From the sequence record NC_054893.1: a stretch of 49,847 nt of DNA; one strand, written 5' to 3'. Each line of letters starts with the position of its first letter. The stretch's first letter is position 1. Of this stretch, positions 34,235 through 44,263 are shown piece by piece. The stretch is from Escherichia phage vB_EcoS_W011D. The position numbers and the translations under genes are program-made. The notes under the pieces were generated by a model. That model did not search any database. It was not told the DNA's origin and worked only from the letters and a program-made list of their open reading frames with translations.

Positions 34235-34654
34235 TTAAAACGGAATGTCATCATCAAAGGTTTGTTGCGGTGCTGGCTGTCGCTGCGGCTGGCTTTGTTG
34301 CTGCCCTGATTGCTGCGGCGCTGCGGCTCCTCGCTGACTGAACACTAAGCGCGGTTGCTCCATTTGCAATGTTGAGTACATTTGCCCGTTATGCTCGCGA
34401 TTGTTGATTTTTAGCGCCTCACAAGACACGCTAATAACTTTCCCTTGCTGCAATGCTTCATCGTACCATCCGCGCATTGCATCGCTTGAAGCAAAGAACG
34501 TTGCGCTGTAATTGGTATAAATTCGCTCTTGTGTTTGCCGATCCTTAATGCTTTCCGATAGCTCTACAATGTACATCTTGTAAGCGCCGGAATTGTTTTG
34601 CCCCTCTTTAACGTAAGGCTCTTTGCGTAACTCGCCAGTGATAATGTGCGGCAT
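34235..34654 (-). CDS. ssb: Single-stranded DNA-binding protein (SSB)
   Basis: 139 aa; Gln/Pro-rich linker and canonical acidic C-terminal tail DDDIPF. Confidence 0.8.
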   Translation of the reverse strand: MPHIITGELRKEPYVKEGQNNSGAYKMYIVELSESIKDRQTQERIYTNYSATFFASSDAMRGWYDEALQQGKVISVSCEALKINNREHNGQMYSTLQMEQPRLVFSQRGAAAPQQSGQQQSQPQRQPAPQQTFDDDIPF

Positions 34655-34692
34655 TTCTTGATCCTTATCGGGGCGTTGCCGCCCCTGGTTGA

Positions 34693-35355
34693 CTATTCAA
34701 AGTTGGTGATTGATTGCGATTCTACCGCTTTTTTTGGTTCCGGTTCAACCCTTTCAGATTTCGCAACGTTTTGCTGTGGCGCTGCGGGGCTAAATCCGCG
34801 AGCGGTTCCGATTTCAAGATCTGCCTTGCGTTTATCGTAATGCCCTTTGATTACGTTCCGGCTTGCTGCGTCACTTGCCTTGTAAGCTGATTTAAACACC
34901 TCTTGCAAGTCTGTTACGTTGTCGCACTTATCAAGATCGCGCTTCCAATCCTCAGCGGATTTAACGGCAATTTGTGCGTCGTCGTCTGCCTGGCTTAAAC
35001 CAAACGCGGCTGCGAGTGCATAACGCCGCGCATAAGTGAATGCAGATCCTACGCCTTGCGGGTCGTTTTTGACAATCGGGATTTCTGAATAAAATTTCGC
35101 CCATTGGCCTGATATATGAATCACCGTTGTTTCAACCTTGAGTTTTGCGCCGCCCTCGTGATTCTCGATCATGTCCTGCATAACCATCAATTTACTATCG
35201 GTTAGCGCTGGCGTAATCGCATCCAGAACACTATCAAGAGTCGCATATTTGTTTTTAAGGTGCGTATTCTGGCGATCCTTTTTAACCTTTACAAACTGGC
35301 TGCGCGCCTTGTGAAGTGCTGGCAAAATCTCGTCAAACTTCTCTGATAATTTCAT
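34693..35355 (-). CDS. Erf-like single-strand annealing protein
   Basis: 220 aa; [12 protein letters not shown] segment typical of the ERF family; located between exonuclease and SSB. Confidence 0.65.
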   Translation of the reverse strand: MKLSEKFDEILPALHKARSQFVKVKKDRQNTHLKNKYATLDSVLDAITPALTDSKLMVMQDMIENHEGGAKLKVETTVIHISGQWAKFYSEIPIVKNDPQGVGSAFTYARRYALAAAFGLSQADDDAQIAVKSAEDWKRDLDKCDNVTDLQEVFKSAYKASDAASRNVIKGHYDKRKADLEIGTARGFSPAAPQQNVAKSERVEPEPKKAVESQSITNFE

Positions 35356-35410
35356 TTCTCATTCCTCTGGTTAACTTGCGAGATTAATTATAACATCCCG
35401 CTTTTCATTT

Positions 35411-35429
35411 GTTTAGCTATTTGTGCTGT
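35411..35429 (-). promoter_or_regulatory. Degenerate box copy (ACAGCACAAATAGCTAAAC) between exonuclease and Erf genes
   Basis: Conserved flanks AGCAC and GCTAAA(A)C retained; TATAAT lies 18 nt downstream. Confidence 0.45.
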
Positions 35430-36488
35430 TTATAAAAAGCCTTTGAATTGCTTGCGAACCCAATCAGGAGTGTCTAACTCGACTTCCGGCGCGCCGTTTG
35501 CGTAAGAAGGCCAAACATCATGCGCGTTGCACACTGCAAACGTGTTTATCACTCCCATGTATTGTAAGCGTCCGATCTTCAATTGCTCGCTACTCATGCG
35601 GAAAGCCAGCGGTAAAAATGGCTCTTTCTTTTCCTGCGCCAACAGTCTGACAACTACGGGGCGCGTTTCTTCTGGATAGGCTTTCTTAAACAGATCGTGT
35701 TGCAAAGCCATTTTCAAATAATAACCGTGATTGAATGCCAGGCGCGGAAACTCAAGCGGGTTTGCGCTCATTGTCGTTTTGTAGTCAGTGATAACAATCG
35801 CCTCTGGATAAATAATATCCTCGCAAATCGGCTGGCCTTTCTCGTCGTAACCAGTGATAAGCGTTGCGGTTACGTGCTGGCACACATCAACGTGATCCAA
35901 TCGCACCTTAACTTTTACGCCGTTGATAGTGCCGAAAATTGATAGCTCGCGTTGTGCCGTTGGGCTATTCATGCACGCGTTGTGCTCCGGTATGCTTTCC
36001 AGTACACGGCGCATCGTAACGCAAGCGTCGTAATCTTTCGCCGGAACCAATTCAACACCATCAGCCCTGGCCTCAGCCTCTGCGATCATTTCAATCAGCC
36101 ATAACACGTTAAGGCTTTCACCACAATCAACCATCATCTTGATCAGGTCTGGATAGGTTTTCCCTGTTGTACCTTTCAGGCCAAAAGATTTCAATTTAGC
36201 CGCCAATGCCGTTTGGCTTGTGATCAGGTTTTCGTAATCCTCCGGCGCTGGTGCTCTGCGGTATGTCTTGGCGAATAGCTCCGCGCTTTCAAAGTTTGTA
36301 TGTGACTGCGTACCAAAAACCAGCGGCTTTGCGTTTTCCTCGCGTTGACGGAACCGCCATGCAGCCGGACAACTGGAATGGATTTCTGCCAGGCTTGAGC
36401 CGCTTACATACTCAGCCGCCCAGCCTTTCGGATCGTGATACTCGTCGTTGCTTAACTGCGCGCTTGTGAAAACTTTAAAATCACTCAT
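35430..36488 (-). CDS. Recombination exonuclease candidate (RecE/YqaJ-like PD-(D/E)xK guess)
   Basis: Track ORF 35430-36527 trimmed to Met14 (MSDFKV) because the upstream codons overlap the -10 element; GGAG RBS; first gene of the exo-Erf-SSB module. Confidence 0.5.
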   Translation of the reverse strand: MSDFKVFTSAQLSNDEYHDPKGWAAEYVSGSSLAEIHSSCPAAWRFRQREENAKPLVFGTQSHTNFESAELFAKTYRRAPAPEDYENLITSQTALAAKLKSFGLKGTTGKTYPDLIKMMVDCGESLNVLWLIEMIAEAEARADGVELVPAKDYDACVTMRRVLESIPEHNACMNSPTAQRELSIFGTINGVKVKVRLDHVDVCQHVTATLITGYDEKGQPICEDIIYPEAIVITDYKTTMSANPLEFPRLAFNHGYYLKMALQHDLFKKAYPEETRPVVVRLLAQEKKEPFLPLAFRMSSEQLKIGRLQYMGVINTFAVCNAHDVWPSYANGAPEVELDTPDWVRKQFKGFL

Positions 36489-36515
36489 TTCATCATCTCC
36501 GTGTTGGTTTAACAG

Positions 36516-36543
36516 CATTCTAGCCATTTTTCGCGTTTAGTCA
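36516..36543 (-). promoter_or_regulatory. sigma70-type early promoter for the recombination operon (TTGACT - 16 nt - TAGAAT)
   Basis: On the minus strand, TTGACT and TAGAAT separated by 16 nt directly upstream of the exonuclease start. Confidence 0.5.
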
Positions 36544-36990
36544 ATAGGTGTAATGTTATTTTTTGTTTTCTGTTGTTTGTTTTCTATAGTGATAACAAAA
36601 TTGCATCGTAAGTTATTGATTTTGTCTTTGTTGTTTTTGTGTTTACCGTGTTCACAGATTTACGCCGGATATATAGGAATAGATACACATAAACAAAATG
36701 ACCATTACACAAAGTGAAATCACCACAACCAACCAAAAACCAATGAAACATAGAGAACAAAAAGAAACAAATAGATATATATAAATAAATAAACTCTTAT
36801 TTTTCATGTATATAGTAATATTTACTGTATGCTTATTGCTCAATAGCTGATTAAAAAATAAGCTAAATTTACGCCTACGCAAATTCGTGAACACTCTGGA
36901 ACAAAAGAAAACAAACGATAGCACTTTTTGCTAAAACTTCCGGTCGAGATCGTGTATAGTGAGCGCATCTAAACCAAAAGAGGAAAACAA
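36530..36990. other. 460-bp AT-rich non-coding region carrying the second copy of the ~150-bp element shared with 17030-17650
   Basis: No credible ORF; shares ACAAATAGATATATATAAATAAATA and GTGAACAC boxes with the first region, same orientation and spacing. Confidence 0.6.
36917..36936 (+). promoter_or_regulatory. Conserved 20-bp box copy (ATAGCACTTTTTGCTAAAAC) upstream of the Cor-like gene
   Basis: Followed 17 nt later by TGTGTATAGT (extended -10-like). Confidence 0.55.
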
Positions 36991-36991
36991 A

Positions 36992-37219
36992 ATGAAAAAG
37001 ATGATTGCCGTTTTAATTGCAGCCGTTGCCCTGACTGGTTGCGCAAATATGCCGAAACGCGAATGCACCGCAATTTATGAGAATAGCGGAATGGATTATG
37101 AAGTTGCGATCTTTGGCGTTAAGCGAATTAACGATCACACATTCGTGAAGCCTGGCTATCCTTTCAGTTATCATTGGGTTAGCATTGAAAACTTTAAAAA
37201 CGCAGATTGCAGCATTTAA
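36992..37219 (+). CDS. Small lipoprotein, Cor/Llp-like superinfection-exclusion candidate
   Basis: Track ORF trimmed to MKKMIAVL start with AAGAGGAAAA RBS; lipobox LTGC; 75 aa; encoded opposite to and just beyond the tail-fibre genes. Confidence 0.5.
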   Translation: MKKMIAVLIAAVALTGCANMPKRECTAIYENSGMDYEVAIFGVKRINDHTFVKPGYPFSYHWVSIENFKNADCSI

Positions 37220-37225
37220 AACAAA

Positions 37226-37250
37226 GGAGCCGAAAGGCTCCTTTTTTATT
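37226..37250. terminator. Bidirectional terminator GGAGCCGAAAGGCTCC plus T6
   Basis: Identical hairpin to 34210-34225, between convergent genes. Confidence 0.7.
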
Positions 37251-37920
37251 AGTCGTATGCCGCCGTGTTAATTGCTGTAACCGCAACGCCTGTATTTAAA
37301 TAACCCGCTGGCGATCCTCCTGCGGATTGGTTTGAAGCCGCATGAATCCTTGTTGTCGAGCCATTAAAATTTGCTGCCGTATATGCCGAAACGTTAACTA
37401 TTACTGGCTGCTGACCAGGAATGTAAACCTGCACTAAAGTTGCCCCCATTAATCTAGGCATTACAGCGTAAGATCCTGATAATGTTTGATCTATGTAAAT
37501 CCCTCCTCCGCTTCCTGGTGTTCCTATAGTAACGAGATCCGATAATGGCTTGCTCTCATTTGTTAATATACATGTCCCGCTTGCGTCCCATATAGCCATA
37601 CCCCATTTTGGGATTGGTTGAGGAAATCTTGCAAATAAATAACAAGTTATGGTGAATAGCGGAACGTTCCTACCCTGCGCGGAGCCGCTAAAAACAATAT
37701 AATCACCCTGCCTACTACACCCTAAAGCAGCGCCCCAACTACATTTTATAAATCCTATTGCTGAATAGGATGCAGGACAATAAACCCTTGATACAGCACT
37801 AACATATTGAGCCGAATCTCTTGTTGCTACCGCCTCAGTTCTTGAATATAAAACAAAAGGCGTTGATTCAGGAGTAACAAAAGTTTGCCCGTTATAATCT
37901 ATCATTGCACCGTAGGCCAT
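37249..37920 (-). CDS. Hypothetical tail-associated protein (223 aa, AT-rich gene, N-terminus MAYG)
   Basis: Track ORF; last gene after J; AT-rich codon usage unlike the rest of the tail module. Confidence 0.45.
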   Translation of the reverse strand: MAYGAMIDYNGQTFVTPESTPFVLYSRTEAVATRDSAQYVSAVSRVYCPASYSAIGFIKCSWGAALGCSRQGDYIVFSGSAQGRNVPLFTITCYLFARFPQPIPKWGMAIWDASGTCILTNESKPLSDLVTIGTPGSGGGIYIDQTLSGSYAVMPRLMGATLVQVYIPGQQPVIVNVSAYTAANFNGSTTRIHAASNQSAGGSPAGYLNTGVAVTAINTAAYD

Positions 37921-38229
37921 TTAAGCATTCTCCAGATAAACAATTAATTCGCATTGTGACGCTGGGTAATAATTATATCCAAGCTCGGATGTAGTAGCCG
38001 GATGAATAATTATAGAATTGCCTGAAATTTCTATTCTTCTCCCTACTTGCTGGCCTCCAGCGTCAAGACCTACAACATATCCAAGTTTTTTACCTGCCGG
38101 AACATTAAAAGACCATTGACCAGAAGTCTGACCAGATGCAAGAGGGATATTTGATATAACCGAAACAGGCTTGATCCCGTAGTTGTTATAAACCCCGTTT
38201 GCATCCCATGTTGATATACCATAAGCCAT
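37921..38229 (-). CDS. Hypothetical tail-associated protein (102 aa, N-terminus MAYG)
   Basis: Track ORF 37921-38268 trimmed to MAYGISTW start with CAGGAGA RBS; shares the MAYG N-terminus with the next gene. Confidence 0.45.
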   Translation of the reverse strand: MAYGISTWDANGVYNNYGIKPVSVISNIPLASGQTSGQWSFNVPAGKKLGYVVGLDAGGQQVGRRIEISGNSIIIHPATTSELGYNYYPASQCELIVYLENA

Positions 38230-38273
38230 AATAAAATCTCCTGTAAAGGTGGGGTGTCTCCACCCCACATATA

Positions 38274-41200
38274 TTACCAGTATCCGGTTAAACGTCCAAT
38301 CTGAACACGTAAAACGCCGTTTGCATCCCTAACACTGATCGTTTCGTTTGTCATTTTCATGGAACCATCGCCAGGAGTGGAGCCATAGTTTTCAAACGTG
38401 CCGTTTTTATCCAGCCTCCATCCTGATTGGTTCCAAACATAGTTGTTTGATTGGATGAAGTTACCGATCATGGCGTTTGTGATTGAACCGTCTTTCACTA
38501 ACAGGCTGTTAATGAAAACCTGGTTATTCTCTACCACAAAAGGCAACGTATACGTCCCGCCTGTCGAACTTGTCATGATCGCAAATCTTCCGGCATCAAA
38601 CAGGATTTGTGAAATCAACCCTTGCGGGCTGTTTGATAACTGCATGACCATTCCTGCGCTGTACTTCTGCCCGTTGTATGTCAAGCCCAATTTCATTGCG
38701 TATTGAGCGCCAACGCCGCCAACGCCAGCCCATGAATCAAGTTTTTCAGTCAGTGCGGATTCAACATCGCCAAACTTCGCCGTTAACGCTGTATCAGCCG
38801 AAACACGCGCCTCTGTTTCGTTTGCAATAGCTTCCTCAACTCGCGTTAACTGCCCCTGGATATCATCACCAATCTGTGATTTCAATTCCTCAATGGCTGT
38901 TGCTCGCGTTTCTGATTCTGTTGCAATTGCCTGATCAAGTCTCGTTACTTCGCTAGTTATCTCCTCGTCAAATTCAGCCTTGAGTTGCGTCATTGCGGTA
39001 ACGCGCGCCTCCGTTTCATCTGCGATCAATTGGATTGATTGCCTAAACTCTGCTTTGCGCTTGCCGTTTTCCTTCCTCATTATTCTAACGTCCGTATCAT
39101 TCGCCAATGCGTTTTGAATGATGCTTTGCGCCTGATCTTTAATCTTGTTTGCGCTGTCAATGGCGTTTTCCTTGATTTCCTTTCCGCCCTCAGTATTCCA
39201 GATATCGTCTAAAATGTCTCCAATAATATCTGATACATCATCGGAAGCCATGCCGCGCACAAAATCAGACCAGCCGGAAACGTTTCCGATCCTGTCAACA
39301 CTGCGCACGCGATACCACACAACTTTCCCCGCTGGTAGCGTGCTGTGCCAGTATTCAAACTGCGGATATGGGACAAGCGTTAAAAGGCTTGAGTTTTCCG
39401 CCGTTCCATCTGGTGATTGATGCAACTCAATATAGGCCGTGTCTCCGGTTCCCTCTGGCATACCCCATTTTACGCGAATACCGAAAACCTCATTTGTTGA
39501 TGCAGTAAGGTTTATAGGCTTCCCAGGCTCACCAACTTTACCAGTCAGCGATGCGGTAACTATTCCAGACCAGGGCGACGTAGAGCCGGAAGCGGAAACG
39601 GATCGCACGCGAACGTAATAAACTCCAGCGTAAATCCCCTCCACCTCAATCTCTTTGTTTGCCGTCTGTGGGACGTTTAACCAGTTGCTGTTGTCTTTCC
39701 TCCATTGAACCTCGTATAAGCTCGCGTAAGGCACTTTGTCCCAGCTAACAACCATCGTTTCAACGCTAACACCCTGAACAATGCGAGAGTAAGAGGAAAC
39801 GGCAACATTCTCTGGCGGCTGCATTACGTCAGGTTGCACAATGCTTGTTGGCCTGTCGTCGATGTTAACGCCATAATCAATCTCGTCGTATTTGTTCGGA
39901 TCGTATTCAACGGCTGTGATTGAGTAAGTAAACTCGTCCTCGTTGTCTCCCTTGGTGATTGTCGTCACAACGTATTGCTGCAATGCAATGTCTGTGCGGT
40001 CAATCGCAAACACCGTATCTGGCTGAACGTCAAAGCCAAAACCTATGTTTAGCTCAATGGTTTTTCCGTCTGCGCTCACGTTGGCAATGGTGCGTTTTAC
40101 TGGCTTCCCATCTGGCTTATTTACCATGATGAAATCGCCTGGCCGCGCATCTACTTTAAACGGTAGGAAAACTTGCAGACCGGATACCTCCATAACTCGC
40201 CCCGAAAGGTTGAGCGTTAATGCGCTGCTCCAGAAGTTATCCGCAATCGCCACCACATCACCTATTGACGGGATCATGCCCTCAAGACCTGTTGCAAAGT
40301 TTACCGTTGTGCTGCGCAAGTTGGTTTTCAGAACCCATCGCCCACGGCGGTTTGCTTCGCTGCGTCGTGTGCATCCAATCGCTGTAATGCTCGTTGGATT
40401 GTAGCCAAACCGTAACGCCGCCTCCGTTTCAAAAACCCCCTCAACGTCCTGTTGATACATGTTTTGCTCGTCGTCGAAAGTCACATTGCACTGTGTGTAC
40501 ATGCTCTTTTCGCTGGCGAATGTGTAGCTAAAATCTCCATTAACAACGTTATCATTTGTGAAGATGTAAGACGGCTCTCGCGGTCTATCAACGACAATTG
40601 AAAGGCTCTCACCGTTCCAGAAACTCATTCCACGGAAGATTGAACAAATATCCCTTACAAGCTGATACGCTTCAATCTGGCTTTGGATCACAACGTCGCA
40701 AAGGTAACGCGGCTCTGTTCCGCCCTTTCCATCTGGAACCATCTGATCGCAATATTGCCCCGCCTCGTAAATGCTCCACTTATCAAGTGGAATTCCCAAC
40801 TCACGTTGATCGAGTCCGTAACGCTGATTGGTTATCAAGTCATATAGGATGTAAGCCGGATTGTTAGACCATGCTTTTTTCCAGGTTCCATCCCACGCGC
40901 CGTGGTATTCACGCAAAACAGGATCGTAATTGCTCGGAACGTTTATGATCTTCCATTTCTTTTTTACCGCTATCCGTGGGATCTGGTTCGGGAATAGCTC
41001 GGAATCAAATTCCACATAAACAAGACCTGTCAGCGGATAACGAAATTTAGCGTCTACAACTTCCGCGTAGCTCTGCAACTTAATCAGATCTGTAACCTTT
41101 GACGATGTGCTATCAGGAGTAACACGGCGAACGCGAAACAATACTTGCTCGTTAAAAGCTGGCAAATCAATTCTGCGGCTTCTGTCGTAACCGCTGCGAG

Positions 41201-41699
41201 TTTTACCGCTTATCGTGTCGCTCAAAATCTCATTGTATGAGCCGCCATCAACAGCCATATCAACGGCATATGTTACGCTTACACCAACGAGATCGCCGTT
41301 GTCCTCTTGCTTTATACCAGTAGGCATAAGGATTTTTATTCTGATCGCAGATAGGTTTTTGTTGGTTACTGCAATCACATATGGAGTGTCTGTTTCAAGA
41401 TTTCGCGATACTGTTATTTCGCTTGAGGTGTCAGTAAATCCCTGGATGTAATCTTGATCTTGAGTGCCTGGCCTGAACTCAGCCGAAACGCCGCTATAGT
41501 TATAAGTGCCATCGTCATTCATAACCGGAACATCATCAAGATACAGGTCACGCAATGAAAACGTTTCGTCGCACTCACCATCGGAAACAGCAAGTAAGAT
41601 CTTGATTTTGTTTATCGAAATCAGGTTATCTTCCATTTCCTTTGGCACATACGGTTTTGATGAACCGCCTTTACTGCCGCTTATCACATTTTTAGCCAT
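38274..41699 (-). CDS. Central tail fibre / host specificity protein (lambda J-like)
   Basis: 1141-aa ORF directly after the tail assembly I-like gene in the conserved M-L-K-I-J order. Confidence 0.75.
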   Translation of the reverse strand: MAKNVISGSKGGSSKPYVPKEMEDNLISINKIKILLAVSDGECDETFSLRDLYLDDVPVMNDDGTYNYSGVSAEFRPGTQDQDYIQGFTDTSSEITVSRNLETDTPYVIAVTNKNLSAIRIKILMPTGIKQEDNGDLVGVSVTYAVDMAVDGGSYNEILSDTISGKTRSGYDRSRRIDLPAFNEQVLFRVRRVTPDSTSSKVTDLIKLQSYAEVVDAKFRYPLTGLVYVEFDSELFPNQIPRIAVKKKWKIINVPSNYDPVLREYHGAWDGTWKKAWSNNPAYILYDLITNQRYGLDQRELGIPLDKWSIYEAGQYCDQMVPDGKGGTEPRYLCDVVIQSQIEAYQLVRDICSIFRGMSFWNGESLSIVVDRPREPSYIFTNDNVVNGDFSYTFASEKSMYTQCNVTFDDEQNMYQQDVEGVFETEAALRFGYNPTSITAIGCTRRSEANRRGRWVLKTNLRSTTVNFATGLEGMIPSIGDVVAIADNFWSSALTLNLSGRVMEVSGLQVFLPFKVDARPGDFIMVNKPDGKPVKRTIANVSADGKTIELNIGFGFDVQPDTVFAIDRTDIALQQYVVTTITKGDNEDEFTYSITAVEYDPNKYDEIDYGVNIDDRPTSIVQPDVMQPPENVAVSSYSRIVQGVSVETMVVSWDKVPYASLYEVQWRKDNSNWLNVPQTANKEIEVEGIYAGVYYVRVRSVSASGSTSPWSGIVTASLTGKVGEPGKPINLTASTNEVFGIRVKWGMPEGTGDTAYIELHQSPDGTAENSSLLTLVPYPQFEYWHSTLPAGKVVWYRVRSVDRIGNVSGWSDFVRGMASDDVSDIIGDILDDIWNTEGGKEIKENAIDSANKIKDQAQSIIQNALANDTDVRIMRKENGKRKAEFRQSIQLIADETEARVTAMTQLKAEFDEEITSEVTRLDQAIATESETRATAIEELKSQIGDDIQGQLTRVEEAIANETEARVSADTALTAKFGDVESALTEKLDSWAGVGGVGAQYAMKLGLTYNGQKYSAGMVMQLSNSPQGLISQILFDAGRFAIMTSSTGGTYTLPFVVENNQVFINSLLVKDGSITNAMIGNFIQSNNYVWNQSGWRLDKNGTFENYGSTPGDGSMKMTNETISVRDANGVLRVQIGRLTGYW

Positions 41700-41755
41700 A
41701 GCTTTTAACCTTTTGTGCTGTTTATCGGTTTACACATTATACGGGCGCAAAAAAC

Positions 41756-41778
41756 CCCGCGCAAGGCGGGGTGTGCTT
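41756..41778 (-). terminator. Terminator between tail assembly I and J genes, followed by TATAAT and a degenerate box copy (41702-41721) next to the J start
   Basis: CCCCGCCTTGCGCGGGG then TTTTTTG on the minus strand; ACAGCACAAAAGGTTAAAAG lies between TATAAT and the J start codon. Confidence 0.55.
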
Positions 41779-42377
41779 TAAACTTTGTCCTCTGCGTAAC
41801 TACCTGCCGACCAGATAGCGCCGCCCACGGTTCTTTCTCCATACGGTAACGGGATCGGATATCCAGCCGCCGTTGTGTTTACCGCTCCGCCGAACGCATA
41901 AGAAGGTTTGTTTTCTGCGCTCTGCATTTCCATCATAGAGCCGCCTTGCTGCGGTGAAATCATCTGCATTACTCCACCCAGCACCATTGCGCCGCCCATC
42001 ATGAAAGCGGAGGATGCGAGCGCCCCCATAGCCGCCAGCGATGCACCACCAGTAAAAAACGCAGTAGCCATAATAACAGCGCCCAAAACCACCTGAAACA
42101 AACCGCCAGATTTTGAACCTGTTGGAATAGGCAAAATCCTGATCTCTTTGCCGCATTGCCATGCTTTATCGTTATGCTCTCCAACGTTAACGCCGTCAAC
42201 AAAGATTGCGTATTTCATGCGCGATCCGATTTCGCTTTGCATGTAGTCTTTGAATCCTTCAACCTGGCTTGATAGTGCTCGGATTGCCTCTGGAAAGCTA
42301 TCGACGGCGAAACGATGAAAGACACCAAAACGACGCCCCAGGGAGCCGGAAAGTTTGATTGTTTTAACTGTTTCCAT
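41778..42377 (-). CDS. Tail assembly protein (lambda I-like)
   Basis: 199 aa with Gly/Ala/Met-rich hydrophobic C-terminal half; position between K-like and J-like genes. Confidence 0.6.
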   Translation of the reverse strand: METVKTIKLSGSLGRRFGVFHRFAVDSFPEAIRALSSQVEGFKDYMQSEIGSRMKYAIFVDGVNVGEHNDKAWQCGKEIRILPIPTGSKSGGLFQVVLGAVIMATAFFTGGASLAAMGALASSAFMMGGAMVLGGVMQMISPQQGGSMMEMQSAENKPSYAFGGAVNTTAAGYPIPLPYGERTVGGAIWSAGSYAEDKV

Positions 42378-43089
42378 AAATCAGATCCTTATGTCTGCAA
42401 ATCATTTTCGTGTGTTCTTGATACCAGCCGGAATACAAATCAACGCGGGACAACTTGCCGTAAGCGTGGTGCAATAGATGATTGTTCCCCAGGTAAATCC
42501 CTGCGTGGTTCCATACCTGTGATTGCAATTGCATGATGATCATGTCTCCAGGCTGTGGCGGTTGTCCTGTTGGTTCGAATCCCTCTTTCAAGTAATTATC
42601 TTGATAAAGGTTTTCACCATGTTCCGGCTTCCACCATTCGTAAGGCTTGCGGAAATCATTCAAGATCACGCCTTGCTCTTTGTGCCATGCCATCACCAGC
42701 CCCCAGCAATCATAAGAGCCTAAAGCCCAGGGGCGACCAGTCAGCGGCCTTGATTCTGGCTCTATCATTCTCATGTCACCCTCTGGCAATGAAACTATAA
42801 CCCACGTCACACCAATTTCATCACACATACAAGTGTCGTGCGCGCTCGGTAGCGTTGTTGCACCGTCGCCAGTGTGCGAATGCACCACAGCAATTAACTC
42901 GCCGCTATCAAGCGCATGTGCGTATTCTGCCGCATCCATTTCGAAATGATTTTCAGGGTCTGCGTGAACGTTATCGATCCGATGATATTTTTGCACCCTG
43001 CTTTTTTGCGTTACCACCCCGCAACATTCATTGGGGTAAACGTCTTGCGCGTGCTGCATGATTTCAAGTTTGATTTTTGCGTTAATCAT
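42364..43089 (-). CDS. Tail assembly protein (lambda K-like) with JAMM/MPN and NlpC/P60-type motifs
   Basis: Track ORF trimmed to MINAKIK start; HSHTGDG...SAHD metalloprotease-like motif plus a Cys/His-containing C-terminal half; ATGA overlap with the L-like gene. Confidence 0.65.
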   Translation of the reverse strand: MINAKIKLEIMQHAQDVYPNECCGVVTQKSRVQKYHRIDNVHADPENHFEMDAAEYAHALDSGELIAVVHSHTGDGATTLPSAHDTCMCDEIGVTWVIVSLPEGDMRMIEPESRPLTGRPWALGSYDCWGLVMAWHKEQGVILNDFRKPYEWWKPEHGENLYQDNYLKEGFEPTGQPPQPGDMIIMQLQSQVWNHAGIYLGNNHLLHHAYGKLSRVDLYSGWYQEHTKMICRHKDLIYGNS

Positions 43090-43841
43090 TGGTTTTTCCT
43101 CAACAGTGAAGCTACGGCGCAACCGCCAAAATCTAATGGCTGATCAAATCCGAAACGAATTTTGCAAGCCGTTGCGGTTCCTGCGCAATAGTCCTGCGCC
43201 GGATCTGTTACGGGGTTATTGTCTTTGTCGAACATAGCCGCGCCATTATACCCGCAACCCTTACCGCTCCTGTACCAGCCGCGTTGCGCCCAATAACAAA
43301 CGCTTTGGCTAATGCGTGGCGGTATCATGATCCCATCCATATCATAAGGCGATGTGAGATCGAATCGTGCAACGGATTGATTACAGAAGTTTGGGCGCTC
43401 AATGTAATAAACAAGTTTTCTGTAAGCTCCATCTGCAACGCTTCCGTCTGGTTGCAGGAAGTCAGCCGCCGTAATCCAGATCGTAACCTTAGCTTGCATC
43501 ATGCCGTTGTAGGAGCGAATCATTGCGCTAACCTGGCTATCAAGATTAGATAGCGTTAATTGCGGCTTATCCGCCTTTCCGTTACTGGTAAAGCTGATCC
43601 CGCTAATACCGAAAGGCCGCGCGCCGTAAACCTCACCCTGGAAAACAATGTCTTTTGGCGGTAGCACTCCGGTTTCTCTCGCGATCATTAATTCCTCTGC
43701 GGTGTACTGCAAATTCTCAGCGTGGAACCGATAAACGTTAGCGCCAAACTTTGTGCCGTCAACCTCAACAAGCGTGATAATTTCGCCAGGGTAAAGGCTT
43801 TGTAAGCAGTTGGCAAAGTCTTTGTTTAAGTCTGTAGCCAT
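43086..43841 (-). CDS. Minor tail protein (lambda L-like)
   Basis: Track ORF trimmed to MATDLNKD start with AAGAGGAGAA RBS; C-terminal cysteine cluster; position after the M-like gene. Confidence 0.65.
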   Translation of the reverse strand: MATDLNKDFANCLQSLYPGEIITLVEVDGTKFGANVYRFHAENLQYTAEELMIARETGVLPPKDIVFQGEVYGARPFGISGISFTSNGKADKPQLTLSNLDSQVSAMIRSYNGMMQAKVTIWITAADFLQPDGSVADGAYRKLVYYIERPNFCNQSVARFDLTSPYDMDGIMIPPRISQSVCYWAQRGWYRSGKGCGYNGAAMFDKDNNPVTDPAQDYCAGTATACKIRFGFDQPLDFGGCAVASLLRKNQ

Positions 43842-43909
43842 TTGAATTTCTCCTCTTTTAGTGTGCGCATTATAGCACCAATAAAAAAGCCGCACAAAGG
43901 CGGCTTGTC

Positions 43910-44263
43910 TTACTTCATGCTCGTAAACTGCTCTGTGAAAGTTGCTTTCACTTCCTGAACGGTTGGCGAAATCGGCGTTGCTGCAACGCTGCCGCTTTTC
44001 ACTCTAAACAACCCTGGAGATCCGTCCGGCGTAATCCACAAAAACGGCTTTAGCCTGTGATCGTTCATGAACTTGAGCACGTCTTTGTAATCAAGTCCAA
44101 CGTAGGCAATGGAAAACTCACGCCGTACCGTGTTAAATCCAGACGATGCAACTTGCGTGTAACCATTGCCGAAAACAACTTCCCTGTCGTTATTCGTCGT
44201 GGTCATTGCTCCGCCGCTGCTCTGAATTTGCGTACACCATGTAAATTCATCAAGCGCCGCCAT
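43910..44263 (-). CDS. Minor tail protein (lambda M-like)
   Basis: 117-aa ORF immediately after the tape measure gene, overlapping its stop. Confidence 0.6.
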   Translation of the reverse strand: MAALDEFTWCTQIQSSGGAMTTTNNDREVVFGNGYTQVASSGFNTVRREFSIAYVGLDYKDVLKFMNDHRLKPFLWITPDGSPGLFRVKSGSVAATPISPTVQEVKATFTEQFTSMK

